NCBI GenBank assembly: GCA_963810275.1
Contig: CAWENF010000010.1
Coordinates: 1-64,000 of the forward strand
Length of the DNA stretch: 64,000 nucleotides
Direction of reading: 5' to 3'
Source of the DNA: an uncultured archaeon
GTDB lineage: Archaea; Thermoproteota; Bathyarchaeia; Bathyarchaeales; Bathycorpusculaceae
This document shows, piece after piece, positions 40,322 through 49,711 of the stretch. Each line of letters starts with the position of its first letter. Position 1 is the stretch's first letter. A program made the position numbers and the translations under genes. The notes beneath the pieces were generated by a model. It was not told the DNA's origin and did not search any database. It worked only from the letters and a program-made list of their open reading frames with translations.

Positions 40322-40891
40322 TTAGGCGAAGGTGCGTTCGTTACGTATATACTGCTTACGCTTAGGTTTGCGTAATCGTTCCCCGCATTTGGGGCAAAAC
40401 GGCTTGCCCTTGGACAGCGGAAGCTGCTTGCCTTCCCCGAAGAAGTGTCCACGGACACATTTGAGGTTGAAATCAAAATCTTGGGTTTCGTAGTCATGTG
40501 GGTTGGCAGCGTAGTCGTCGCTTAGCGATACATCACTTTTTTTAATTTCAATTTTTGGATAAACCACGACTGGGTTTACAGATTTTGGTGGAACGGCTGC
40601 AGTTGGTTTAGTTACAGAGAAAGGTTTTTTGGAGGCAACAGGCTTTGGAGGCATTATGGGTTTTGCTGGTTTAACGGTTTTTAGGGGTGCAACCTCCTTA
40701 ACCGAGATGGTGGATACAAACGGGATCGAGGCTTTCGCTACCTTCTTTAGCCCCCCACTGGTTTTATTAGAAACGAGGCAGGAGAGTTTTTGTTTAGTTT
40801 CTTCACTTTGATGATTGGACTGGTTGTTGACGTACCACAGTCTGTGCAGTGCTCGCTGTATTCTACTAGGCGGCGTCCACATTTTCGGCAA
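40322..40891 (-). CDS. Hypothetical basic protein with Pro/Lys linker and C-terminal zinc ribbon
   Basis: CVRGH...CPKCG. Confidence 0.65.
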   Translation of the reverse strand: MPKMWTPPSRIQRALHRLWYVNNQSNHQSEETKQKLSCLVSNKTSGGLKKVAKASIPFVSTISVKEVAPLKTVKPAKPIMPPKPVASKKPFSVTKPTAAVPPKSVNPVVVYPKIEIKKSDVSLSDDYAANPHDYETQDFDFNLKCVRGHFFGEGKQLPLSKGKPFCPKCGERLRKPKRKQYIRNERTFA

Positions 40892-41027
40892 AACGGCATA
40901 TAGTCACACTGAATTTTTTTAGTAAAGTATTGGCATAGAAGGCTTTAAACTTTAACGCAAAAGCATAACCTAAAACGCCGTTTTAGAGCACCTGAACGTT
41001 TAAAGGCTGACACTGCAAGTTTTGTGG

Positions 41028-41157
41028 TGGGTGGGCGATGACGAGTCTGGCCCCGCAGACATTGGATGATGTGGATCTTGAGTGTGAGGTAGCATTAATG
41101 ATAAGTTTCAGGTTTACCTGAGCTATACAGATGAGGTGCTCCCTAAGAGCCCACCTA
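41028..41157 (+). ncRNA. Box C/D-like sRNA with an extra K-turn hairpin domain (copy A)
   Basis: TATA (tttaaa, about 41000), 9-bp terminal stem, C box ATGACGA, D' CAGA, C' ATGATGT, D-like GTGA, second K-turn ATGA/TGA, T-run terminator. Confidence 0.7.
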
Positions 41158-41518
41158 TTTTTTTCAAAAGATAAGTCCAGCTATTCGTTGAATTCTTCTA
41201 ATAAGTAGAACAGACCATTTCTTATTGCAAGTTTTTTTTCCACGGTTATATGATTACAATGTTGTACGCTTAAGTCGTGGTCGATGCTTTCCAAGTAGCG
41301 GTCCTATCATCAATGTAAGAATTCGGATGTGCTAGATGGAATAACTTGATAGATTGCTTTGTCTTTTTCTTTTTTTGCAGCACCACATTTTTGTAGGGTT
41401 CCGATATATAATAAACACATGAAATAATCTCAAACCTCCGTTATCGCAAATTTTGGTGTTTATCTACACCTATACTCAATGATTTCCAGTAGTTTTCAAT
41501 AGGACCTAAAAATTTTGT

Positions 41519-41845
41519 TTACGAAAATACAAAGCCGATGACAAAGCCAACGATGAGTCCTAAGCCTAGTGGCAGCATACCCATTAGAAGTACCCCATAT
41601 TGTACTGCTATAGGACCATATGTGGCTGCAATATTACTTAATGATCCAAGACTTAAACCGAAAAACCCAAAGTAAGCAACCACGACCAGTATAATAGCAG
41701 CTATAATAGCGATCTTTAGCATTTTATGAACCAAATAACCCACAATCAATCCAATTGCAAATGGAATGATCATTATAACCAATGGTGGAATACCGCCGAT
41801 GCTTCCAGAAGTAATAAAATTAATAACTTGATCTATCGCACTCAA
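41519..41845 (-). CDS. FUN14-like small membrane protein
   Basis: IGLIVGYLVHKMLKIA...GLIVGFVIGF. Confidence 0.7.
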   Translation of the reverse strand: MSAIDQVINFITSGSIGGIPPLVIMIIPFAIGLIVGYLVHKMLKIAIIAAIILVVVAYFGFFGLSLGSLSNIAATYGPIAVQYGVLLMGMLPLGLGLIVGFVIGFVFS

Positions 41846-42055
41846 AAATTCACAACTCCAAACAAGTTACTTAGCGGTTCAAATTGGCTTATAAGCTTGT
41901 GTTGTTGTGGACCTACAATCACACAGCCACGTCTAAAACGGTTCAATATTCATGTAAGCCCAGCTATTTGATGATTTTGTCTAATAAATAGAACAGGATA
42001 AGCAATGTTCACTCGCAGCACAAACTTTTACAAATAATAAAATTAGTTCACACTA

Positions 42056-42139
42056 GAGTGTGACGTAGTATTAATGAAAAGTTTCAGGTACGTCTTGAGC
42101 TAAACAGATGAGATGCTACCTAAGAGCCCGCCTATTTTT
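42056..42139 (+). repeat. Copy B of the 3' domain of the 41028 sRNA
   Basis: Aligns to 41080-41162 at roughly 85% identity by eye, including the T-tail. Confidence 0.85.
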
Positions 42140-42223
42140 CCCAACTAATGAATTCAAATTAGTAGAACAGCAGCAGTAGATTCCTGCAAAGTATCATGAA
42201 CAATAAACAAGTAAATCGCGTTC

Positions 42224-42730
42224 TTACCATTTGTCAAAATGAAATATTTCATCTATTGGTTTCTTTTTTGGCGGGCGTGGACTCTCATTTGGCACGCCGA
42301 AAGCAATCGCACCAACTATTGTTGAATCAACAGGCAAATTTAAGGTCTCTTTGAGCTTCGCATCATCAAATGCACCAATCCAACAAGAACCAACCCCTTG
42401 AACCCATCCTGCAATAACCATGTTCTGGAGAGCTATTGTAACATCCATTAAACTCAATTTCTTAATAATTACCTCAGATTGCCGATAAAAACCAACAATA
42501 ACAAAATCTGCTGCAATTACCCACCTATTAAAACCTTGAAAATCACAAGAAGCCTTTCCTTTGTTATCTCTCACAACAACAAAATGCCAAGGCTGACTGT
42601 TAGTAGCTGAAGGCGCTTGCCGTCCAGCTTCAAGAACATTATTAATGATCTCAACACTTACTGGAGCATCTTTGAATTTTCTGACGCTTCTTCGAGATAG
42701 CATTTTTTCAATAGAACTCATGTTGCTCAC
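42224..42730 (-). CDS. Nitroreductase family protein
   Basis: RRSVRKF, APSATNSQPW, GVGSCWIG. Confidence 0.9.
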   Translation of the reverse strand: MSNMSSIEKMLSRRSVRKFKDAPVSVEIINNVLEAGRQAPSATNSQPWHFVVVRDNKGKASCDFQGFNRWVIAADFVIVGFYRQSEVIIKKLSLMDVTIALQNMVIAGWVQGVGSCWIGAFDDAKLKETLNLPVDSTIVGAIAFGVPNESPRPPKKKPIDEIFHFDKW

Positions 42731-42785
42731 CTAAATCTTGTAGTTTCTCTCTCAATTGGTCAATATAAATGGAACATGACAAAAA

Positions 42786-42867
42786 CTTGAGTGCGGACGA
42801 CGCAGATGATAACAGCTTTCAAGGTTTGACTTGAATGTTGAGTTTGCTCCATAAGAGCTCACTTACA
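42786..42867 (+). repeat. Diverged copy C of the sRNA 3' domain
   Basis: cttgagtg...atgataa...ttcaag/cttgaa...tgag.ttgctc..taagagc.cac.t shared with A and B. Confidence 0.6.
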
Positions 42868-42960
42868 ACCACTTTTTTGAAGCCCAAATCTATCAGAACA
42901 AAAGCCGCCTCAACCTGTCAGTAATTTCAGTTAAACGCCGATTCACAAATCAAAGCTGAA

Positions 42961-43653
42961 CTACTTTTTGGGTTTGCCACCCTCAACAAATTTGAAATCA
43001 ATATGAGTCTCCCAAAACTCCTTAAAACAACGACGGTATTTAGGCAACTTAGACCTACCCCGCCAGGTTGATTTGTTAGCGAACTTTTTGATTTCCGCAG
43101 ACGGCCTAAAATACGCAACCGCATTATCCGTGCTAAGCACAAACGGAGGACGGCCATAATACATGCTTATCCAACTGGCTATGAGACTACCCGTGCGGTG
43201 GTTACCCTCTATGAATAGCTGAGGTTGTCCGAGTATGGCAACATATATTTCTGCGGCGACTTTTATGGGGCGAGGCTGATTTTTCATATGTTTTTTGTAC
43301 CATTTTTGTATGGGTTCAATTTGACTATAATATTTGTCGGAGGTTGCCAAAATCGCTTTGTGGTATTGTAACCGTAGGTCCCAGTCGCGCCCAAAATGCA
43401 CAAGGTTGTTTAATTCAAGCATTGCCGGTATGCTGTCCAAAGAGAAGGGTTCTACGCCAACCCGCAGCAAGGCGTCAAGGTGTATGTAAGCACTCATCAT
43501 GCGCGTTCGGACTACAGAGTCAAAGGGTGTGTCGCGTCGTCCAATCTTCTCATATGCTAAGCTGTCATCTATTTTGGTCCAGTTCTGCTCCACGTTAAGA
43601 AGCGATTCCTCAACTGCTGGAATGTTGAATTTTAGTATTTTTGTTTGACTCAA
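42961..43653 (-). CDS. Fic/Doc-like protein with variant motif
   Basis: QLFIEGNHRTG in place of HPFxxGNGR. Confidence 0.75.
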   Translation of the reverse strand: MSQTKILKFNIPAVEESLLNVEQNWTKIDDSLAYEKIGRRDTPFDSVVRTRMMSAYIHLDALLRVGVEPFSLDSIPAMLELNNLVHFGRDWDLRLQYHKAILATSDKYYSQIEPIQKWYKKHMKNQPRPIKVAAEIYVAILGQPQLFIEGNHRTGSLIASWISMYYGRPPFVLSTDNAVAYFRPSAEIKKFANKSTWRGRSKLPKYRRCFKEFWETHIDFKFVEGGKPKK

Positions 43654-43763
43654 TGACTAATCTCGAATGTTTTTGTGCATCTTAGGATAAAAAATATCCG
43701 CTAAACCAAGCGTCTTCTCACCTGGAGATGAAGCTATTAAATAAAAATAGAGAAAAGAAAAAG

Positions 43764-44336
43764 CTATTTGCGCGGTTTCTCCCAAAGCTGCATCTTCTCT
43801 TTCTTGAGCTCAGTGCGTTTGCGTTGTAGATATCTGTAGACTGTGTGATGCTGGCAACCCTCAATAATCATCTGAACCGCGTTGTGCGCAGTATCAGCTT
43901 GCTCAAAGCTGCCAATTATGCCCACTGTGTGCCCATAAACCACCACATCTGCTTCAGAAAGTTCCTCAATTAACTTGCGGGTTTTACCATCCGAACCGAT
44001 TATTCGGCTTTTAACGCGCCTTATATCGGATTCACTTCTACCAAAAACCAAACGCAAATCAACTAAATCAAAAATGTCATCTTCATTTCGGATAAGACGA
44101 AAAGCAGTTTCAGGATTAAAGCCTCTGCCAATTGCCATCACAACATCTTTGGCTTTAAGCAGCATACTGGGATCTCGAGCTTTCTCAGTTAACGTTATGG
44201 CGATGCTGCCTTCAGTGTCAACATCTAGTTTTGCGCCGAGTCGGGATTCTATTTCAGCCTTAACTTTGCCTTCAGGGCCGATTAGTGTGCCGACGCGGTC
44301 TTTGGGGATACGTACAAAGGTGTCTAAACCGGACAT
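43764..44336 (-). CDS. KH-domain rRNA-processing protein (Dim2/Pno1)
   Basis: IGPEG and IIGSDGKTR KH motifs; RIO1/eIF1A synteny. Confidence 0.9.
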   Translation of the reverse strand: MSGLDTFVRIPKDRVGTLIGPEGKVKAEIESRLGAKLDVDTEGSIAITLTEKARDPSMLLKAKDVVMAIGRGFNPETAFRLIRNEDDIFDLVDLRLVFGRSESDIRRVKSRIIGSDGKTRKLIEELSEADVVVYGHTVGIIGSFEQADTAHNAVQMIIEGCQHHTVYRYLQRKRTELKKEKMQLWEKPRK

Positions 44337-45121
44337 TATTTTCCAACTACCAACTTATGTAACTCTTCTACTGGAGTGATTTTAACGTTTAGGCGATTAA
44401 AGAAATGGTTAAGATTAGTTAAGTCGCGATTAAGCATAAAATCCGCCATCGGATGCTCGATGGAAACCGACTGGGAAAGGTCAAAAATCACCGGTTTACC
44501 TTTCCACATCATAATATTATACTCACTCAAGTCGCCATGCACCAGTTTGGCTTTTCTGTAGAGCCGTTTAACATAGGTAACCAGCAGCTTGTATACCCGT
44601 TCAGGGTTCTCTGGTGGCTGCTCCTTAAGCGACGAAGCAGGAGACCCAGCTACGCCAATAAAATCCATAACAACGACGTTGCTTTTGACTGCGACAGGGT
44701 TAGGCACAGGCACCTTAGCTTCGGCTGCTTCTCGCAGGTTTCGGAATTCTTTCTGTGCCCAGATTGACATAAGCGAGCGGGTGTCCTTTTTAATATTTTG
44801 AAACCTTGGGTCACCCTCTATGTATTTGACCATACCTTTCTTGAATTCGGCTGAGCTGGTTAGATAAATTTTGACTGCGAGGTCTTTGCCCTCTTTGGTG
44901 GTTGCCCAGTACACTTTTGCTTCTTTGCCACTAGACACCGCACCGTTGACTTCGTAAATTATGCCGCTGTTGAGCAAATCGAAAACTACGAGGCGGGTGG
45001 TTTGGTCAAAAACCTCCTCCACAGTGGCGCGTTCATCAGTGCGGTTGTGAATACGGATTTTATCGCGGCGCTCAATGAAGCGTTCCCTTCGGCCAAGGCG
45101 TTCGCGAGCGCGGTTAGACAT
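44336..45121 (-). CDS. rio1: RIO1 serine kinase
   Basis: SSGKEAKVY, LVHGDLSEYN, IFDLSQSV. Confidence 0.92.
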   Translation of the reverse strand: MSNRARERLGRRERFIERRDKIRIHNRTDERATVEEVFDQTTRLVVFDLLNSGIIYEVNGAVSSGKEAKVYWATTKEGKDLAVKIYLTSSAEFKKGMVKYIEGDPRFQNIKKDTRSLMSIWAQKEFRNLREAAEAKVPVPNPVAVKSNVVVMDFIGVAGSPASSLKEQPPENPERVYKLLVTYVKRLYRKAKLVHGDLSEYNIMMWKGKPVIFDLSQSVSIEHPMADFMLNRDLTNLNHFFNRLNVKITPVEELHKLVVGK

Positions 45122-45204
45122 AGAAAATCACCGAAATCTTGTAAACAATAATGTTTGGCTCCGATAAACAAGTTAATTTTTGCATAATAGACAACAAAAT
45201 ATGG

Positions 45205-45510
45205 TTAAATATTTAGGAGGCCTTTGCGGCGCAGGTTCTCTGCTTGTGCGTGAGTGTAACGCCATGTAACGTCTCCGCGAGTATCTGTTTGGAAGTCCCA
45301 TGGGGCAACAATGACGATGTCGCCTTCGCGTATCCAGACGCGGCGCTTCATTTTACCCCGTATGCGGCATAGGCGTTCTGCACCGTCTTGGCATTTAACC
45401 ATAATGCGGTCAAAGCCCAGCAGTTTTGTAACTATTCCGAGAACTTCCCCTTCTCTGGGAACAACTGCTTCGTTTATTGAGCCTTCGCTTAAGACTTTTT
45501 TCTTTCCCAA
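45205..45510 (-). CDS. eif1a: Translation initiation factor 1A
   Basis: CRIRGKMKRRVWIREGD...PWDFQ. Confidence 0.95.
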   Translation of the reverse strand: MGKKKVLSEGSINEAVVPREGEVLGIVTKLLGFDRIMVKCQDGAERLCRIRGKMKRRVWIREGDIVIVAPWDFQTDTRGDVTWRYTHAQAENLRRKGLLNI

Positions 45511-45825
45511 ACACTTATGCCTCGATTATCAGATTTGTTTACAATAGTTTTTACTTGCTTAAAAGGGTTTAATCGATGACAAAAGGTTAACAAGAAAAGG
45601 TAAATTCGCTCAGCTCCTGTGACCAACTCTCCAAGCAACATCATTTTGAGAGTTGGAATTTCTTTTTTATTTGTTGTTGGCGTTTTTTGTTTGCACAACA
45701 ACTTCTCGAGATTTTTGTGGTGGATGCTTTTTTAGTCTTGCAACTGATGGCTTGCTACTGGTTGAGCAAAAAATAACAACAAGAAAGCAAAATGAACTAC
45801 TGTAAAAAGGGTCTGTTGAAGACAG

Positions 45826-47214
45826 TCATTGCTCGTTTAGAAGGTTTTTGCGGCTTAAAACTTGTTCCAGCTCCTCTTTTGATATGCCTTTCTCAATGGC
45901 TACGTCTTTGACGGTGCGGTTCTCTGCCTGCGCTTGTTTAGCAATTTTTGCTGCCTCTAAATAGCCGATTTTGGGCGCCAGAAGCGTAGCAAGCGAGGGA
46001 TTTTTTTCGAGAAATTGTTCGCAGCGTTTCTCATGCACCGTTATACCCATAACACAACGTTTGGTGAACACTGGCAGATAGTTGCCAAGAATTTGTATGC
46101 TAAATAACATATTATAGGCAATTGAAGGCATCATAACATTTAGTTCCATCTGCCCCGCTTGCACAGCCAACCCGACAGCCACATCGCAGGCAACAACTTG
46201 GAAAGCAACCATGTCAAGGCACTCCGCCATGACGGGGTTAACTTTGCCAGGCATAATCGAGCTTCCAGGCTGCACCGGCGGCAAGGTAATTTCGTTGAGA
46301 CCTGTCGTTGGGCCGCTTGAGAGAAGCCGCAGGTCATTTGCGATTCTGATAAGTTCCAAAGCAAGTTCTTTTAAGCCGCTGGAAACAGTTTGTGCAGCCC
46401 TCTGACTCTGCAGTGCTTCAAAGTTGTTTACGGCAGGTTTAAGCGGAAAACCGGTGAGTTTGGCAAGCTCGGCTACTGCGAGTTGCTTGTATTTTGGGTG
46501 ACTGTTTGCGCCTGTTCCGGTAGCGGTGCCGCCTAAAGCGACAGAATAGAGATTTTCTTTTCTGCGACGAAGCTCATAAGCACAGTTCCGTATTGATGAG
46601 GCGTATGCACCGAATTCCTGTCCAACCGTAACTGGCACTGCGTCTTGAAGGTGGGTTCTGCCCGACTTGAGTACACCCTCGTTTTTCTTAGCCAATTTCT
46701 CAAAAGCTCCTGCGAGGTCATCTAGTGCCTCCAACAATTGTGGAAGAGCCATCAAAACTGAGACATGCAACGCCGTAGGGTAAGTGTCATTAGTAGATTG
46801 CGCCATATTGACATGGTCGTTTGGGCCAACAGACTTGTAATCGCCCTTTTCTTTACCTAACAATTCCAGCGCACGGTTAGCTAAAACTTCGTTAGTGTTC
46901 ATGTTGAAACTGGTTCCTGCGCCAGCTTGGAAAACATCTACAACGAACTGATCAACGAGTTTGCCTGCGAGAACTTCGTCGGCGGCTTTGATTATGGCTT
47001 TGCCGATTTTTTTGTCTAGGCACCCAACCTCCATGTTGGCAGTTGCAGCGGATTTCTTAATCAAAACATACGCCTTGATGATTTGAATCGGCGCTTTAAG
47101 CCCGCTAACAGGGAAATTCTCTACTGCCCTGTCGGTTTGAATGCCATAGTAAGCGTTTTTTGGAATAAACCTCTCGCCAAGCGGATCAACTTCTCTTCTG
47201 GTTTCCATGCGCAA
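45826..47214 (-). CDS. aspA: Aspartate ammonia-lyase (class II fumarase superfamily)
   Basis: GSSIMPGKVNP, GRTHLQDA, NRALELLGKEKGDY (aspartase-like); fumC not excluded. Confidence 0.75.
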   Translation of the reverse strand: MRMETRREVDPLGERFIPKNAYYGIQTDRAVENFPVSGLKAPIQIIKAYVLIKKSAATANMEVGCLDKKIGKAIIKAADEVLAGKLVDQFVVDVFQAGAGTSFNMNTNEVLANRALELLGKEKGDYKSVGPNDHVNMAQSTNDTYPTALHVSVLMALPQLLEALDDLAGAFEKLAKKNEGVLKSGRTHLQDAVPVTVGQEFGAYASSIRNCAYELRRRKENLYSVALGGTATGTGANSHPKYKQLAVAELAKLTGFPLKPAVNNFEALQSQRAAQTVSSGLKELALELIRIANDLRLLSSGPTTGLNEITLPPVQPGSSIMPGKVNPVMAECLDMVAFQVVACDVAVGLAVQAGQMELNVMMPSIAYNMLFSIQILGNYLPVFTKRCVMGITVHEKRCEQFLEKNPSLATLLAPKIGYLEAAKIAKQAQAENRTVKDVAIEKGISKEELEQVLSRKNLLNEQ

Positions 47215-47241
47215 TTCTCGTCCTTGCTACTGAGTTTGGGT

Positions 47242-47961
47242 TTACTGGGTAGATATAATTTTCTTTTTAGTACGCAAAATAGCTTCTGTTACTCGGATTT
47301 TTTTGGGACAAACAAGGGTGCAGACGTAGTAGCTTTTGCAACCCCAGATGCCATGCGGCTTCTTCAGGATATCTAATCGGGCTTCTACATCAGGAGTTCT
47401 TGAGTCAAAGATGTAGCGGTGCTCACGCAACACAGCTGCTGGACCCAGAAATTTATCGTCTTGCTCAGTCATAACTGGGCATCCACTGTAGCAGCAGCCG
47501 CAGAGAATACATTTGATTGCATCATCAAACTGCGCTCTCTCCTCTGGAGTTTGCAGCCGTTCCCGCTCCACCTCCACCGCTGCTATTGAGTTTACGAGGT
47601 TTGGCGGGTTTGGCATTATTGATTTTATTCGCACAAAAAATGGCTCCAAATCAACAATCAGATCCTTAACCACCTCGAAATACCGCAGCGGCTCAACAAC
47701 AATTTCTTGCTTTGTATCAAATTCTTTAACGAGTTTCTGGCATGCCAACGCTGCTGTGCCGTTTATGGTTAAGCCGTCGCTGCCACATATTCCATGCGCA
47801 CAAGACATCCGAAAAGCCAACGTCGAATCCTGAGTCCAGCGAACGCGGTTAAGGCAGTCCAGCAGCCGCTCCGACGCATCAGCCTCCACATTAAACGTGT
47901 CGTAATGCGGTTCAGCGTCGGTTATTGGATTGAAGCGGTATATGCGTAGTTTGATTTGTAT
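47242..47961 (-). CDS. sdhB: Succinate dehydrogenase/fumarate reductase iron-sulfur subunit (probable ATA start at 47961)
   Basis: SCAHGICGSDG, CILCGCCYSGCP, C...CTLVCPK. Confidence 0.9.
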   Translation of the reverse strand: MQIKLRIYRFNPITDAEPHYDTFNVEADASERLLDCLNRVRWTQDSTLAFRMSCAHGICGSDGLTINGTAALACQKLVKEFDTKQEIVVEPLRYFEVVKDLIVDLEPFFVRIKSIMPNPPNLVNSIAAVEVERERLQTPEERAQFDDAIKCILCGCCYSGCPVMTEQDDKFLGPAAVLREHRYIFDSRTPDVEARLDILKKPHGIWGCKSYYVCTLVCPKKIRVTEAILRTKKKIISTQ

Positions 47962-47962
47962 T

Positions 47963-49690
47963 TTAGTACCTCCTCTTCTGCGGCACAAATCGAGTAACCG
48001 AAACCGCCTTGTAAGTTAAGTCCAAGCCAAAAGGGGTCTGTTTAGCAAGCGTGTGCCTGAACCACTCTTTGTCGTTGCGTTCGAGGTAGTCACTTCGGAA
48101 GTGAGCCCCACGGCTTTCTTTGCGTGCCAACGCTGAGGTGACGATGACTTCAGCTAGGCTAAGCATGTTACCCAACTCAAAAGCGTCCTGTAACTCCATG
48201 TTAAAAATGTGGCTTTTGTTGGTTAATCCAATGTTTTTGAAGTGCCGCTTTAATGTTTGAAGCTCTCCTAGTGCCTGAGTGAGGGAGGCTTCATCTCGGA
48301 AGACACTAACTTTCTCTGTCATCAACCGCTGCATACAATCCCGCAGTTTAGCAACACAGCAAGTGCCGCTTGATTCAAGCAAACCTGCAATTTTGGCTGC
48401 TATAACACTTTCAGCCTGCTGGGGCACCAGCGGAAAAACTTTGCCTACAACGTCGCGCATGACACTTTCACCTACCCGTTTACCGTAAACAACAAGGTCA
48501 ATTAGCGAGTTACAGCCTAACCTGTTAGCGCCGTGCACACTGACGCAGGCGCATTCTCCAACCGCATACAAACTCGGCACAACAGCACCAGCAGAGTTAG
48601 CTAAAACGTGTCCAACAGTGTCGGTTGGGATTCCGCCCATCATGTAGTGGCAAGTGGGTGCAACAGGAATCAAAGCATCTGAGGGGTCAATGCCTAAGTA
48701 GGTTTTAACAAACTCAGTGATTTCAGGGAGTTTGGCGTATAGGCGATCTTTGCCAAGCGGCGTTAGGTCGAGGTGGACGTAGTCTTTGCCGTCAATGCCT
48801 CTACCCTCTTTGATTTCCTGCATGATAGCCCGCGACACGATGTCACGCGGCGCTAAATCCTTCAATGTGGGAGCATAGCGTTCCATAAATCGCTCGCCTG
48901 AACTGTTACGCAGGACGCCGCCTTCGGCCCTTGCGGCTTCGCTAATTAGTATGCCTAAACCATAGATCCCTGTGGGGTGAAACTGTACAAACTCCATATC
49001 TTCTAGTGATAGAAAAGAATCAAACGCCACCGCAAAGCCATCGCCGGTGGAGGCGAAGCCGTTGCTGGTTATTTTGTAGATTTTTCCACAGCCACCTGTC
49101 GCCAACACTATTGCTTTAGCCTCAAAAACTTGGGGCGTAGTGTTTTTTAGGTCATAACCGGCGACGCCACAGCAAGAGTCAGAAGCAAACAGCAGTTGTT
49201 GGATGAAAACCTCATTGTAGAAGTCTACACCATAGCGGTTGCACTGATCATAAACTGCATCGAAAATGGTTCTGCCTGTCCTATCCGAAGCGTAGCAGGC
49301 ACGACGTACGGGTGCTTCACCAAAGTTTCTTGTGTGACCGCCAAAGCGGCGTTGATTGATTTTACCTGATTTATTGCGGCTAAACGGTGTACCCATGTGT
49401 TCAAGCTCGTAAATGGCGCGGGGGGCCTCCTTGGCGAGGATTTCACAGGCGTCTTGGTCGCTTAAGTAGTCGCCGCCTTTTACTGTGTCATAGAAGTGCC
49501 ACTCCCAACTGTCCTCTTCCTCATTGCCAAGCGACGCTGCGATGCCGCCCTGTGCGGCCACAGAATGACTGCGGGTTACGTGGACTTTGCTTACGACTGC
49601 TACTTTGCAGTTATTTTTGGCTGCTGTCAAGGCAGCGTATAAGCCGCTTATTCCGCCGCCGACAATTACAATATCATACTGATAAATCAC
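47963..49690 (-). CDS. sdhA: Succinate dehydrogenase/fumarate reductase flavoprotein
   Basis: RSHSVAAQGG, QFHPTG, HYMMGG, HGANRLG, ESRGAH. Confidence 0.92.
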   Translation of the reverse strand: MIYQYDIVIVGGGISGLYAALTAAKNNCKVAVVSKVHVTRSHSVAAQGGIAASLGNEEEDSWEWHFYDTVKGGDYLSDQDACEILAKEAPRAIYELEHMGTPFSRNKSGKINQRRFGGHTRNFGEAPVRRACYASDRTGRTIFDAVYDQCNRYGVDFYNEVFIQQLLFASDSCCGVAGYDLKNTTPQVFEAKAIVLATGGCGKIYKITSNGFASTGDGFAVAFDSFLSLEDMEFVQFHPTGIYGLGILISEAARAEGGVLRNSSGERFMERYAPTLKDLAPRDIVSRAIMQEIKEGRGIDGKDYVHLDLTPLGKDRLYAKLPEITEFVKTYLGIDPSDALIPVAPTCHYMMGGIPTDTVGHVLANSAGAVVPSLYAVGECACVSVHGANRLGCNSLIDLVVYGKRVGESVMRDVVGKVFPLVPQQAESVIAAKIAGLLESSGTCCVAKLRDCMQRLMTEKVSVFRDEASLTQALGELQTLKRHFKNIGLTNKSHIFNMELQDAFELGNMLSLAEVIVTSALARKESRGAHFRSDYLERNDKEWFRHTLAKQTPFGLDLTYKAVSVTRFVPQKRRY

Positions 49691-49711
49691 TTCTCGTTTT
49701 ACCTCATGAAG

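Noticed and set aside
41031-41060. Fluoride riboswitch (GGCGATG start)
   Set aside because: Lacks the downstream pseudoknot and CUAAUGA pattern, and no fluoride-related gene follows.
41105-41117. GTTTCAGG as a C/D guide against the 23S rRNA CCUGAAAC segment
   Set aside because: In all three copies it pairs internally with pairing-preserving changes, so it is better explained as a stem; the rRNA sequence is not available here.
41165-41420. Possible gene remnant between sRNA copy A and the FUN14-like gene
   Set aside because: No frame gave a recognisable protein fragment.
41028-42878. CRISPR or TIGR-type array interpretation of the three repeats
   Set aside because: Units are about 80 nt, diverged and separated by 0.6-0.9 kb containing whole genes; no cas or Nop-domain effector is in the window.
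45623-45656. 9-bp inverted repeat CCAACTCTC/GAGAGTTGG and 70-aa ORF 45489-45701
   Set aside because: Isolated hairpin compatible with a terminator or chance; the ORF has no recognisable features.
47963-49690. L-aspartate oxidase (nadB), given nadA nearby
   Set aside because: Has the covalent-FAD His motif RSHSVAAQGG and an adjacent Fe-S subunit, typical of SdhA/FrdA.
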